A stretch of DNA of 64,000 bases. Source: Hydrurus foetidus (Eukaryota). The notes beneath the pieces are model-generated. The model was not told the origin of the DNA. It did no database searches and saw nothing but the letters and a program-made list of their open reading frames with translations. Shown here piece after piece: positions 1 to 8,895 of the stretch. Both the position numbers and the translations under genes were made by a program. The stretch lies in the NCBI GenBank assembly GCA_900617105.1, contig UYFQ01000001.1:4402001-4466000 (forward strand). Direction: 5' to 3'. The stretch's first letter is position 1; every line of letters starts with the position of its first letter.

Positions 1-767
1 TAGCATTTAAGAAATTCAGCGACTGCCGTTAACGCCAACTTCGGCTGGTCCCGGTGCGGCGAATGCCCGCAATCAGCAAGCCTAACTTGCTGGGCATGCG
101 GCGCTGCCAAAGCGATTTCGTCCAGTTGAGCCATCGTGCCGTAAGCGTCATCAATGCCCTGAATCAGCAGCAGCGGCGCGGTGATCTGGCGGCACTCATC
201 ACGAATGTCAAAACTGCGAAAACCAGTTGACAGCCACACATCATTCCACTGGTAAAAAGCGCCGTCTACGTCCGCATGGTGTTTGGCAAGGCTGCTTTTA
301 AGCGCACCCGATTCATAGGCCACTTTGGCTTGTGCAATTGCGCTTAGTGCGATGGCCTCAACCATCACATGCGGCGCCATGGCAATGCAGGCAGCAGTCG
401 GGTGCTTGCTGGCATACAGCAGGGCAATGGTGGCGCCGTCTGAATGGCCCAACAACACCGGGTTGGCCATGTTTAGCTCCGCCAGCAGTGCGGGCAACAC
501 GTCATAGGCCTCGTGGTGCATGTAGTCGGGTTGCAGTGTTCCCCGACCAGGCGGTGCGGGCTGCGATTGCCCGTAACCAAGCCGCGAATAAACGATGCCA
601 GCGCGCTGCGTGGCGGCGCACACGGCCAGCGGCCAGTCCAGCCCGCGCTGCGTCCACGCGCTAACGCTGCCCAGGCCTTCATGCAAGAAAACAATCGGCG
701 AAAGGGCAGCGTTGCCCGTAATCCAACGAACCTCCAGCTGCTGACCGTTGACGTTGAGTAACTGCAT
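1..767 (-). CDS. alpha/beta fold hydrolase (stop codon runs off the left edge)
   Basis: Manual translation from ATG at 767: MQLLNVNGQQLEVRWITG...IVFLHEGLGSVS...GHSDG...CGHSPHRDQP. Not in the ORF track because it is truncated. Confidence 0.85.
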   Translation of the reverse strand, partial: MQLLNVNGQQLEVRWITGNAALSPIVFLHEGLGSVSAWTQRGLDWPLAVCAATQRAGIVYSRLGYGQSQPAPPGRGTLQPDYMHHEAYDVLPALLAELNMANPVLLGHSDGATIALLYASKHPTAACIAMAPHVMVEAIALSAIAQAKVAYESGALKSSLAKHHADVDGAFYQWNDVWLSTGFRSFDIRDECRQITAPLLLIQGIDDAYGTMAQLDEIALAAPHAQQVRLADCGHSPHRDQPKLALTAVAEFLKC

Positions 768-869
768 AGTTGGTATCGTTTAGCCAAAGTTGGAAAATTG
801 GGGCGTCCTCCGGTGCAATTGTGGAACAAGGTGCGCTTGCGCCACCACAACTGGAGTTCCGCTAATGTC

Positions 870-972
870 ACCCACTCCAGCAGCAAGTTTTGGAATTTCA
901 GTCTCGAACCCGGAACAGGTTTTTAAACGTTTCAAACTTCTTAAACCCGCTATGAAAGACCCCAAGCCATGA
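870..972 (+). pseudogene. possible C-terminal remnant of a PIN-family toxin
   Basis: AASFGISVSNPEQVFKRF resembles the C-terminal FGI-x-V-x-x-P-x-E tail of PIN toxins. It overlaps the antitoxin start (ATGA at 969-972). Confidence 0.35.
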
Positions 973-1214
973 GCAGCTACGCCCTTCGCCTTCCAGAGTC
1001 CCTTAAAAGCGCCTCGAGGCGCATTGCCGCCGCAGACGACACCACCATGAACCAGCTTTTCGTTGTCGCCATTGCCGAAAAAATCAGCGCCATGGAAACG
1101 GCCGACTTCTTTGAGCGCCGCAGCGCGAATGCATCCAGATCCAAAGCAGACAAAGTCTGGGCCAAGGTAGGTCATAAAAACGTCATACCAGAGGACCGCT
1201 GGACAAAGTTTTGA
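969..1214 (+). CDS. HicB-like/ribbon-helix-helix antitoxin
   Basis: MSSYALRLPESLK...MNQLFVVAIAEKISA pattern, 81 aa. Confidence 0.75.
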   Translation: MSSYALRLPESLKSASRRIAAADDTTMNQLFVVAIAEKISAMETADFFERRSANASRSKADKVWAKVGHKNVIPEDRWTKF

Positions 1215-1272
1215 ACAGATAAGGTTGCCCCAACTCGCGGCTCGGGTTTCATGCCACCCGATTTGTAAATAG

Positions 1273-1836
1273 CTACTTGGCCACCGCCGCCAAAAACTCA
1301 TCACTGTCAAAACCATTCTTCATGTGGTGCCCCTTGACCACCAGGTACGGCACAGCGGTTTTGGGGTCCAACGCTTGCAGCTGCGCCAGGCAACTGCTGT
1401 CCTTGTCAATCTCGCATATTTCAGCCTTGAACCCTTGCTGCGCCAGCCAGCCCTTGGCCTGCGTGCAGTACGGACACCAGGTGGCGCTGTACATCACCAC
1501 ATCACTAGCCTGCGTGCTGGCCGCAAGCTGGGCAATCTGTGCCGTGGTGGGGTTGGCGGTGGCTGCTGTGCTGGTGCGCGCGCCGGAATAGTTCAATCCC
1601 AACCAGGCGCCCTGCACCACCATGTAAACCGCAAACAACTTGCCCCAAGGCACTTGACTAAGCAGCCCGCCGCCACTGCCACTGGCCCGCGCGGCATGCG
1701 CCCGCTGCACCGAAGGCAAAGCCGCCGAGCCACCCCCCGCTTTGGCATAAGCCACCCCGCAAGCAGGGCACTGCCAGTCGGGGACAACGGCGTTCGAGGG
1801 GCGAACTGTGCGGCATTTGGGGCAAATGGTGGGCAT
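1273..1836 (-). CDS. glutaredoxin-family protein with N-terminal Zn ribbon and a TM segment
   Basis: CPKC...CPACG, a hydrophobic stretch, then YSATWCPYC and TAVP. Confidence 0.8.
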   Translation of the reverse strand: MPTICPKCRTVRPSNAVVPDWQCPACGVAYAKAGGGSAALPSVQRAHAARASGSGGGLLSQVPWGKLFAVYMVVQGAWLGLNYSGARTSTAATANPTTAQIAQLAASTQASDVVMYSATWCPYCTQAKGWLAQQGFKAEICEIDKDSSCLAQLQALDPKTAVPYLVVKGHHMKNGFDSDEFLAAVAK

Positions 1837-1859
1837 GGGGTTATTTGCAAAAAGCCTGC

Positions 1860-2802
1860 TTAAACGTCAATTTCAAAGCCATACAGGCTGATGCCGCCTT
1901 CAACGCCAATCGGACCGCGGCTGACATACTTGCGAGTGCTGGCGTCGTAATAACGGCGGTCGTTGTAGTGCAGGCCCGTTTCACTGTCAAAGTACTAGCC
2001 GGGCTGGCGCAGGGGGTTGAAGGTTGCCAGCTGGGCGCTGGGGAGGGCCCAGGTGGTCGTTGTGGTGTTGGGTGTAGCGGAAATCGGCTGAGGCATTGAC
2101 CGCATCATCCCGCACCAGTACGCGGGCACACAGGGAGGCGACGCCGTTGTTTTGTTGGAAGTTATAGCCGTAGCTGGCCTGAATTTGGCCAGTCGCGTTG
2201 GCCTTAGCTAGGATGCCCCAATCAGTATGCAGGTAGCTGGTGACATGTCCAGCGGCTTGATTTGACGATACCAAGGTGGTAGCCAAGGTGGCTGACTCAC
2301 GAATGGTCTTGCACAGGCGGCTGTCAAAGGGGTCGTAGCTGTAGCTGGCAATCAGCTGGCGTGCGCCATCGCGCACTTGGGCCAGGCGATTAAGCGCGTC
2401 ATAGCTGTAGCGCGTGGTGTGGGCGGGCTCGGTCAGGGCGCCGATGGTTTTAACGGTCTGGTTGCCGGCGGCGGCGTATCTGTAATTGACCGTGTCGTTG
2501 CCGCCTGGGGCGGAGCGCTGGGTTGGCTGGTCGACGTTTTGGTATTGCCAATGGGTCGAGCCAGTTTTACTGTCACTGGTGCGGTTGTTACCGCCATCCA
2601 GCGCAAAGGTTTCGCTGCGACCCGATAGCACGCTGCCGCTGACCTGGGTCTGCCTACCTGCGTCGTCGTAGGCGGAACTCAGGGCGTTGCCATCTACTTT
2701 GTATTTCTCATTAACAAACTCGCATCTAATCGCCGCGTTGCTCAAGACGCTAAATACGCTGCTGACCAGCGATACGTGCATGAGAGCAAACACTACCGTC
2801 AT
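1860..2802 (-). pseudogene. degenerate Rhs core fragment (YD repeats plus core end) with no C-terminal toxin
   Basis: The ORF contains YDDAGR, YSYDALNRL, YSYDPF and HNDHLG. A second frame reads PG*YFDSETGLHYNDRRYYDASTRKYVSRGPIGVEGGISLYGF, with an in-frame TAG at 1995-1997. Confidence 0.85.
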
Positions 2803-3593
2803 TCCAAGCCACGCTTTAGTTCTGTAATGTCAAATTCAAAAGTAATTAGGTCTTCACTAATCGTTTTAGATAATGGCAACTCACACGCTTGTTCGTCGTA
2901 GTACTTCCCGTCTACGGCATTTAATTCAAGATAAGACGCATATGGCGGGTCAATCTGTCTTGGATGTTTTAACGTCAAAACCAAAGTTTTTTTATTGTTA
3001 ATTAAGCACCATTTTTTTAAATTCACTTGAGCCAGCAACCACGATGGCTTGATTAACAACAACGGATAAGTGACCTTTTTGCTGAAGACTAAATCACTCA
3101 ACTCCAATACATATTGGTATCGAAGCGCACCCGTTTTTAGGCGAAGTTGTATTTGATGATCCTTGCTAATTTTTAACGCTTTTTTGTCGGTCGCCGAGTC
3201 GATTCCAACCACCTGTACGAACCCATCCCTTAAAAGGCTGGCGCGACATTTATTGATGATCTGTAGCGGAATTGCGTCCGCTCCAGTAAGCTTGCGAAGC
3301 GCAAGACAAAGCGTATCAAGCACATAAACTTGAAACGTAGCCCAGTTTTCTTTTACGTCGAGGGGCGCTATGAAGGCTTGATAAATCATGGCTACACGAT
3401 CCCGCGTGTCACCATCCCATACTACGTCTTTGTCTATGAGCATCAAAGCAACTTTGTTGAAATGCTCAGTGGTAACACGCTCTTTAAACAAATATTGTGA
3501 ATACAAAAAACCTACAGCACTGGTCGCGGCTCTTTGGTCTGCGGTGAGGCAAATCGAATCCGAATAAATCGCTACAAAAAGGGGAAGTTTCAT
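2799..3593 (-). CDS. hypothetical protein, candidate immunity protein
   Basis: AT-rich 264-aa ORF starting 2 bp after the toxin stop codon. Confidence 0.65.
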   Translation of the reverse strand: MKLPLFVAIYSDSICLTADQRAATSAVGFLYSQYLFKERVTTEHFNKVALMLIDKDVVWDGDTRDRVAMIYQAFIAPLDVKENWATFQVYVLDTLCLALRKLTGADAIPLQIINKCRASLLRDGFVQVVGIDSATDKKALKISKDHQIQLRLKTGALRYQYVLELSDLVFSKKVTYPLLLIKPSWLLAQVNLKKWCLINNKKTLVLTLKHPRQIDPPYASYLELNAVDGKYYDEQACELPLSKTISEDLITFEFDITELKRGLE

Positions 3594-3595
3594 AA

Positions 3596-4582
3596 CTATC
3601 GCCTTGGCCGCGGGCGATCGTTTCTCGGCGGCGCCTCTCGTTTCGAATTCGAATTAGCATGGTCGGTTACTCGATCTTGCTCGCGATCGTAAGCCCTTCC
3701 ACGCGCTCCAGGTCCTGCAGCGATTTCGTCCACGATTTGATAGTCCTCGCCATTTCGTAACTGCTTTTGAGGTCTGGAGTCCCTTGTTTTACAACAAGCG
3801 ACCCCGTATTTCATTGTGTTCCCGAGCGCATCAAAAATTCTGTAAACAACCTGCGCTATTGCTGACTCCCGGGAATTTCCATGAACTCCGTTATGCACGA
3901 CCACCCCATCGACCCCCACAAAGAAGGTGTGCAGGTTGGCCACTTCAAGATTAAAGACAGCAGTGGTTTTAACTTCCTCTCGAATCTCCAGGATGGTCGC
4001 AAAGCGCTCTGCCGGATCCGCCTCTCCACCCAACAACAACTGCCCACCTTTCTTGAGTAGCACCGCATCCCGCCAGCCTTCTAGGGTTTTAAACGGATGG
4101 CCTGCTGTGGCTTGAATCGTCTGGCCGTTGCTTAACGTGATGTGCAGCAGCGTTTGCTCTTTGAATGAGCTGATGGTGTCCGTGACTTTTTCGTAGCGCT
4201 GGGCTGGTTTTACGCTACTTAGAGTGCTAAAATTGCTCTTATTTTCATAGCTGCTTGCGCCCGTATTGATTGGGCTTGAGGCTGATTTATCATCTAAATT
4301 AGCCTGCCGGTGAGCTGCTTGCAGCGTTTGGGCTGCTTGGCCTGACTGCGCCAGTTGGGCGTTGTCATGGGCCTTCAGTTCGCCCCAGGTCAGCGCTTCA
4401 TCGCCGCGTTGAATGTATTCAGTTGCACAGCTTTGAATGTCGACAGCAGTTGGCGCGACGATTCCGAACGCGTTGGTAGCCAGCGACAAAGACAGCGTTA
4501 GGGCCAGCAGGGCGAGCCCGCTGCGCAGGCGATGCAACTTGCCGCTCGGTGGCAATTGGGTCGAACTTGGCGAATGACTCAT
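3596..4582 (-). CDS. polymorphic toxin: signal peptide, partial PT-HINT domain, C-terminal URI/GIY-YIG-like (Tox-URI2-like) domain
   Basis: Hint motifs IQATAGHPF and VFNLEVANLHTFFVG..VVVHN, followed by GVHGNSRES..VYRIFD..KYGV..SRPQKQ. Confidence 0.8.
   Translation of the reverse strand: MSHSPSSTQLPPSGKLHRLRSGLALLALTLSLSLATNAFGIVAPTAVDIQSCATEYIQRGDEALTWGELKAHDNAQLAQSGQAAQTLQAAHRQANLDDKSASSPINTGASSYENKSNFSTLSSVKPAQRYEKVTDTISSFKEQTLLHITLSNGQTIQATAGHPFKTLEGWRDAVLLKKGGQLLLGGEADPAERFATILEIREEVKTTAVFNLEVANLHTFFVGVDGVVVHNGVHGNSRESAIAQVVYRIFDALGNTMKYGVACCKTRDSRPQKQLRNGEDYQIVDEIAAGPGARGRAYDREQDRVTDHANSNSKREAPPRNDRPRPRR
4233..4298 (-). repeat. dispersed REP-like element copy 1 (in-frame in the toxin gene)
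   Basis: Reverse complement AAGCCCAATCAATACGGGCGCAAGCAGCTATGAAAATAAGAGC. Confidence 0.85.
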
Positions 4583-4758
4583 GAAGTGTGGTTCAGGTGG
4601 CTTTTAAAGTGTGCTTGGGGCTGCTCAACTTGGGTTGTGGCGCATGGCATCAAACGCCGAACGCATTTTGAAATGTGGCATTTGCTTACATGCACCCCGG
4701 ATAGTAGCCTAGCGCTGGCCGGGTTGCGGCTGCATCACAACGCGTTATTCTTGAGCGC

Positions 4759-5649
4759 ATGAACAAGCTTTTAGACTCCTTTTGGCGCGCGGCCATGTAT
4801 TGCCTGCATCCGCGCGTGATTGCCTTGTCGGTGTTGCCGCTGGTCATCATGGCGGCTATCGCCCTTGGCTTGGGTTACTTTTTTTGGGAAGGCGCTTTGA
4901 TTCAGATCAGAGCCACTTTGGATAGCGTGGAGATGCTGGGCACCATGGTGCGCTGGCTTGAGACACTGGGCCTGGGCAGTTTGCGCACAGTGCTGGCGCC
5001 GGTGGTGCTGCTGTTTTTAGCCATTCCGGTGATCGTGATTGTGTCGCTGCTTTTTGTGGCCGTTTTCATGACGCCGGCCATGGTGGCGCTGGTGGCTGAG
5101 CGGCGCTTTCCCAAGCTGGAGCGAAAAGAAGGTGGCTCGATGCTGGCCAGCGTGTTTTGGTCGCTGGGCTCTACTTTGGTGGCCGCGATTGCGCTGGTGC
5201 TGTCGATGCCACTGTGGCTGGTGCCGCCGTTGATTTTGATTTTGCCGCCGCTGATTTGGGGCTGGCTCACCTACCGTGTGATGTCGTACGACGCGTTGTC
5301 GAACCATGCCACAGCTGAAGAGCGGCGGCAGATTTTTAAAGAGCACCGCGGGTCGTTGCTCAGCATCGGCGTAATCAGTGGGTACTTGGGCGCCGCGCCG
5401 AGTTTGATCTGGGCATCAGGCGCGATGTTTGTGGCTGCCGCGCCAGTTTTGGTGCCGGTGGCGATCTGGATTTACACACTGGTGTTTGCGTTTTCTTCGC
5501 TTTGGTTTGCGCACTATGCATTGGCTGCTTTAGAGCAACTTAGAGCTAAAAAAGAGGCTGAAGACCAAGTATTACGGGCGCGAGCAGCTCCTGAATTAAT
5601 AGCTAATACGCCCAATGACGCCGTCGATATTGCGCTACCTGGCGTGTAA
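4759..5649 (+). CDS. EI24/CysZ-like membrane protein
   Basis: Multi-TM protein beginning LDSFWRAAMYCLHPRVI. Confidence 0.8.
   Translation: MNKLLDSFWRAAMYCLHPRVIALSVLPLVIMAAIALGLGYFFWEGALIQIRATLDSVEMLGTMVRWLETLGLGSLRTVLAPVVLLFLAIPVIVIVSLLFVAVFMTPAMVALVAERRFPKLERKEGGSMLASVFWSLGSTLVAAIALVLSMPLWLVPPLILILPPLIWGWLTYRVMSYDALSNHATAEERRQIFKEHRGSLLSIGVISGYLGAAPSLIWASGAMFVAAAPVLVPVAIWIYTLVFAFSSLWFAHYALAALEQLRAKKEAEDQVLRARAAPELIANTPNDAVDIALPGV
5556..5604 (+). repeat. REP-like element copy 2 (in-frame in the EI24 gene tail)
   Basis: TACGGGCGCGAGCAGCTCCTGAATTAATAGC. Confidence 0.8.
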
Positions 5650-5672
5650 TTTTTTTCTTTTCACTGTTTTTA

Positions 5673-6497
5673 ATGACTACTAACTTTGCAATCATCATCA
5701 TCGGCGACGAAATTCTGTCGGGCAAACGCGCCGACAAACACTTGCCTAAAGTCATTGAGCTGCTGGGTGCACGCGGCCTGCAGCTGGCGTACGCCGACTA
5801 CGTGGGCGACGACCCGGCGCGCATCACTGCCACGCTAGCCCGTGCCTTTCAAGCGGCGCGGGAATCGGGCGATGTGGTGTTTTCTTGTGGCGGCATTGGC
5901 GCTACGCCCGACGACCACACCCGCCAGTGCGCTGCTGCCGCACTTGGCGTTGAATTGGCTTTACACCCTGAGGCCAAAGCCTTGATTACCGAGCGCATGC
6001 GAGACACGGCCAAAGAGCAGGGCGTGCCGTTTGACGCCGACCGCCCAGACAACATTCATCGGCTGGATATGGGTTTGTTTCCTGCGGGCGCTGAAATCAT
6101 TCCAAACCCGTACAACAAAATCCCTGGGTTTACGTGTCGTGCGGGGCAGGGCGCGGTGCATTTCCTTCCTGGGTTTCCGGTGATGGCTTGGCCAATGATT
6201 GCGGGTGTTTTGGACCGCGATTACGCCCATTTGCACCAAACTAAGGCGTATATTGAGAAATCTATCATCGTGTCTGGCTCAATGGAAGCCACGCTAACGC
6301 CGCTGATGGTGGCCATTGAGGCGGCGCACGTTGGCGTAAAGGTATTTAGCCTGCCCAGTGTTGACCACCCGCAATACGGGCGCCATATTGAGCTCGGCGT
6401 GAAGGGTTCGCCGTCTGCCATTGATATTGCTTATCCGGCGTTGCTGGCTGGCTTGCGAAAGTTCGATGTAACTTTTGGCCCTGAACTGGTGCGGTAA
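5673..6497 (+). CDS. CinA-like molybdopterin-binding domain protein
   Basis: IIGDEILSGKRAD, GGIGATPDDHT, LPGFP. Confidence 0.88.
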   Translation: MTTNFAIIIIGDEILSGKRADKHLPKVIELLGARGLQLAYADYVGDDPARITATLARAFQAARESGDVVFSCGGIGATPDDHTRQCAAAALGVELALHPEAKALITERMRDTAKEQGVPFDADRPDNIHRLDMGLFPAGAEIIPNPYNKIPGFTCRAGQGAVHFLPGFPVMAWPMIAGVLDRDYAHLHQTKAYIEKSIIVSGSMEATLTPLMVAIEAAHVGVKVFSLPSVDHPQYGRHIELGVKGSPSAIDIAYPALLAGLRKFDVTFGPELVR

Positions 6498-6498
6498 A

Positions 6499-6542
6499 TG
6501 CACTAATAAAGTGCGTTTAATTTAACGCACCAATACCGTCAA
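6499..6542 (+). promoter_or_regulatory. NtrC binding sites upstream of glnA
   Basis: TGCACTAATAAAGTGCG (6499-6515) matches the 17-bp TGCACC-N5-GGTGCA consensus. A weaker half-match CGCACCAAT lies at 6526. Confidence 0.75.
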
Positions 6543-6613
6543 TTTCAAACAATTTCAAGCGGTGCAGCTACCCCGTAAAGTGGCCGTTTGGAAACGTTGT
6601 AGACTCTGAATCC

Positions 6614-6630
6614 TTGGCATAAAAAGTGCG
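6614..6630 (+). promoter_or_regulatory. sigma54 -24/-12 promoter of glnA
   Basis: TTGGCATAAAAAGTGCG has GG-N10-GC spacing. Confidence 0.8.
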
Positions 6631-6691
6631 TGCCATTCAAGCTGAATTGTTATCGATTTAATTTTTTATCACCCAGAAACAGGAGATTTTG

Positions 6692-8107
6692 ATGGCAAAG
6701 ACCGTCGCAGACGTCATGAAAATGGTCAAGGAAAACGAAGTCAAGTTCGTCGACTTTCGCTTTACCGACACACGGGGCAAAGAGCAGCACGTGACCGTGC
6801 CAGTGTCCCATTTCGACGAAGACAAGTTCTCGTCAGGCCACGCGTTTGATGGCTCATCCATCGCTGGCTGGAAAGGTATTGAAGCGTCAGACATGTTACT
6901 CATGCCTGACCCGAATACCGCCAACCTTGACCCATTTTTTGAGGAAACCACCATCTTCTTGTCATGCGATGTGCTCGAACCAGGTGACGGCAAAGCGTAC
7001 GACCGCGACCCACGTTCAATCGCCAAGCGCGCTGAGGCTTACTTGAAAGCATCGGGCTTGGGCGACACGGCTTACTTCGGACCAGAGCCAGAATTTTTCA
7101 TCTTTGACGACGTGCGCTGGAACACCGATGCGTCAGGCACGTTCTTCAAGATCGACGAGTACGAAGCGCCATGGAATTCAGGCGCTAAATTAGAAGGCGG
7201 CAACCGCGGCCACCGTCCGACCGTCAAGGGCGGGTACTTTCCTGTGCCGCCAGTAGACAGCACGCAAGACATGCGCGCTGAAATGTCTTTGGTGCTCGAA
7301 TCATTGGGCATTCCGGTTGAAGTGTTTCACCACGAAGTCGCTGGCGCTGGCCAGAACGAAATCGGCACCCGGTTCAGCACGCTGGTGCAGCGCGCCGACT
7401 GGACGCAAATGCTGAAGTACGTGGTGCAAAACGTCGCCAACGCTTACGGCAAAACCGCGACCTTTATGCCAAAACCTATCGTTGGAGACAACGGCAGCGG
7501 AATGCACGTGCACCAGTCGATCTGGAAAGACGGCAAAAACCTGTTTGCTGGCGACGGCTATGCAGGCTTGTCAGACTTTGCGCTGTACTACATTGGCGGC
7601 ATCATCAAGCATGCACGCGCACTGAATGCCATCACCAACCCCGGCACCAACAGCTACAAGCGTTTGGTTCCTGGTTTTGAGGCACCGGTCAAGCTGGCCT
7701 ACTCGGCTAAAAACCGTTCAGCATCTATTCGCATTCCGTACGTGGCCAACCCGAAAGGTCGCCGCATTGAGGCTCGCTTTCCAGACCCATTGATGAACCC
7801 GTACTTGGGCTTTGCTGCCTTGATGATGGCTGGCCTTGACGGCGTAGAAAACAAAATCCACCCGGGCGAAGCCGCCACTAAGGACTTGTACCATCTGCCG
7901 CCCGAAGAAGACGCAAAAATCCCAACCGTGTGCCACAGCCTTGACCAAGCACTCGATTGCCTGGACGTTGGCCGCGGCTTCCTGACCAAAGGTGGCGTGT
8001 TCACTGATTCAATGATTGACGCTTACATTGAGCTCAAGATGGGCGAGGTCACGCGCTTGCGGATGGCTACACACCCGATTGAGTTCGACATGTACTACTC
8101 GCTGTAA
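6692..8107 (+). CDS. glnA: glutamine synthetase type I
   Basis: [27 protein letters not shown], adenylylation site DLY. Confidence 0.99.
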   Translation: MAKTVADVMKMVKENEVKFVDFRFTDTRGKEQHVTVPVSHFDEDKFSSGHAFDGSSIAGWKGIEASDMLLMPDPNTANLDPFFEETTIFLSCDVLEPGDGKAYDRDPRSIAKRAEAYLKASGLGDTAYFGPEPEFFIFDDVRWNTDASGTFFKIDEYEAPWNSGAKLEGGNRGHRPTVKGGYFPVPPVDSTQDMRAEMSLVLESLGIPVEVFHHEVAGAGQNEIGTRFSTLVQRADWTQMLKYVVQNVANAYGKTATFMPKPIVGDNGSGMHVHQSIWKDGKNLFAGDGYAGLSDFALYYIGGIIKHARALNAITNPGTNSYKRLVPGFEAPVKLAYSAKNRSASIRIPYVANPKGRRIEARFPDPLMNPYLGFAALMMAGLDGVENKIHPGEAATKDLYHLPPEEDAKIPTVCHSLDQALDCLDVGRGFLTKGGVFTDSMIDAYIELKMGEVTRLRMATHPIEFDMYYSL

Positions 8108-8137
8108 ATTTCGGCGAAACCACCCGCGGGTAGTATT

Positions 8138-8165
8138 AAAAGGACGGCAACTGCCGTCCTTTTTT
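8138..8165 (+). terminator. intrinsic terminator after glnA
   Basis: AAAAGGACGGCA-AC-TGCCGTCCTTTTTT. Confidence 0.9.
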
Positions 8166-8294
8166 CGTTGAAACTACACAAACTTTGCCAATAATGAAGT
8201 AAAACTGCCTTATTTCGGCCATAAGACTTTGCAGTTACATGCGTTTGCAGGATACTGATTGACTAACGCAGCCTTTTTGGCAGTCGGCTTACTT

Positions 8295-8849
8295 ATGAAA
8301 AATTCATCCGGATCAATCGCTTCACTCGCGTCACTCGCCTCAGTTGCTTGCGTCGCTGCAATGATGGTTGCAGCCTTAGCATCAACCAATGCAGTGGCAC
8401 AAATTTACCGCTGCAACAGCAGCAACGGCGTTGAGTACATCAACAACGCTAAAGACGCGCAGACACGCGGTTGTAAAACCATGCAGGGTGGCAACGTCAC
8501 GGTGATGGCTGGGCCAGGCACCGCGCGGCGCTCAGGCGTGCAAGTAGCGTCTGCGCCGCCTTCACCAACAGCTTCTCCTGCACCGCGAAATGATGGCGGG
8601 CCGGCCCAAAAATCTCGCGACAGTGATTCGCGCGGTATTTTGGAGTCAGAGCTGAAAAAAGCCGAAGGCAAACTGGTTGAACAGCAAAAAGAATTCAACA
8701 ACGGCGAGCCAGAAAAGCAGGGCATTGAAAGCCGCAACTATCAGCGTTATCTTGACCGCGTAGCCGAACTTAAAGACGCTATTACCCGTAACCAGAGCGA
8801 CATTGCTGGTCTCAAAAGAGAAATTTCCCGGCTGCCCGGCACTAATTAG
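8295..8849 (+). CDS. exported DUF4124-like protein
   Basis: Signal peptide, QIYRC..GVEY, coiled-coil tail RNYQRYLDRV. Typical position between glnA and ntrB. Confidence 0.75.
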   Translation: MKNSSGSIASLASLASVACVAAMMVAALASTNAVAQIYRCNSSNGVEYINNAKDAQTRGCKTMQGGNVTVMAGPGTARRSGVQVASAPPSPTASPAPRNDGGPAQKSRDSDSRGILESELKKAEGKLVEQQKEFNNGEPEKQGIESRNYQRYLDRVAELKDAITRNQSDIAGLKREISRLPGTN

Positions 8850-8895
8850 CCTGAGCTGTATTACCCCACAGCGGTTCTGCGCCAAAATAGAGGAC

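Noticed and set aside
1255..1285. Possible twelfth copy of the dispersed repeat (AAATAGCTACTTG)
   Set aside because: The match is too short and lacks the GCCC..GGGC dyad.
3890..4200. Self-splicing intein in a housekeeping gene
   Set aside because: The context is a polymorphic toxin, the N-terminal Cys block is missing and the +1 residue is Gly, so it is not a canonical intein.
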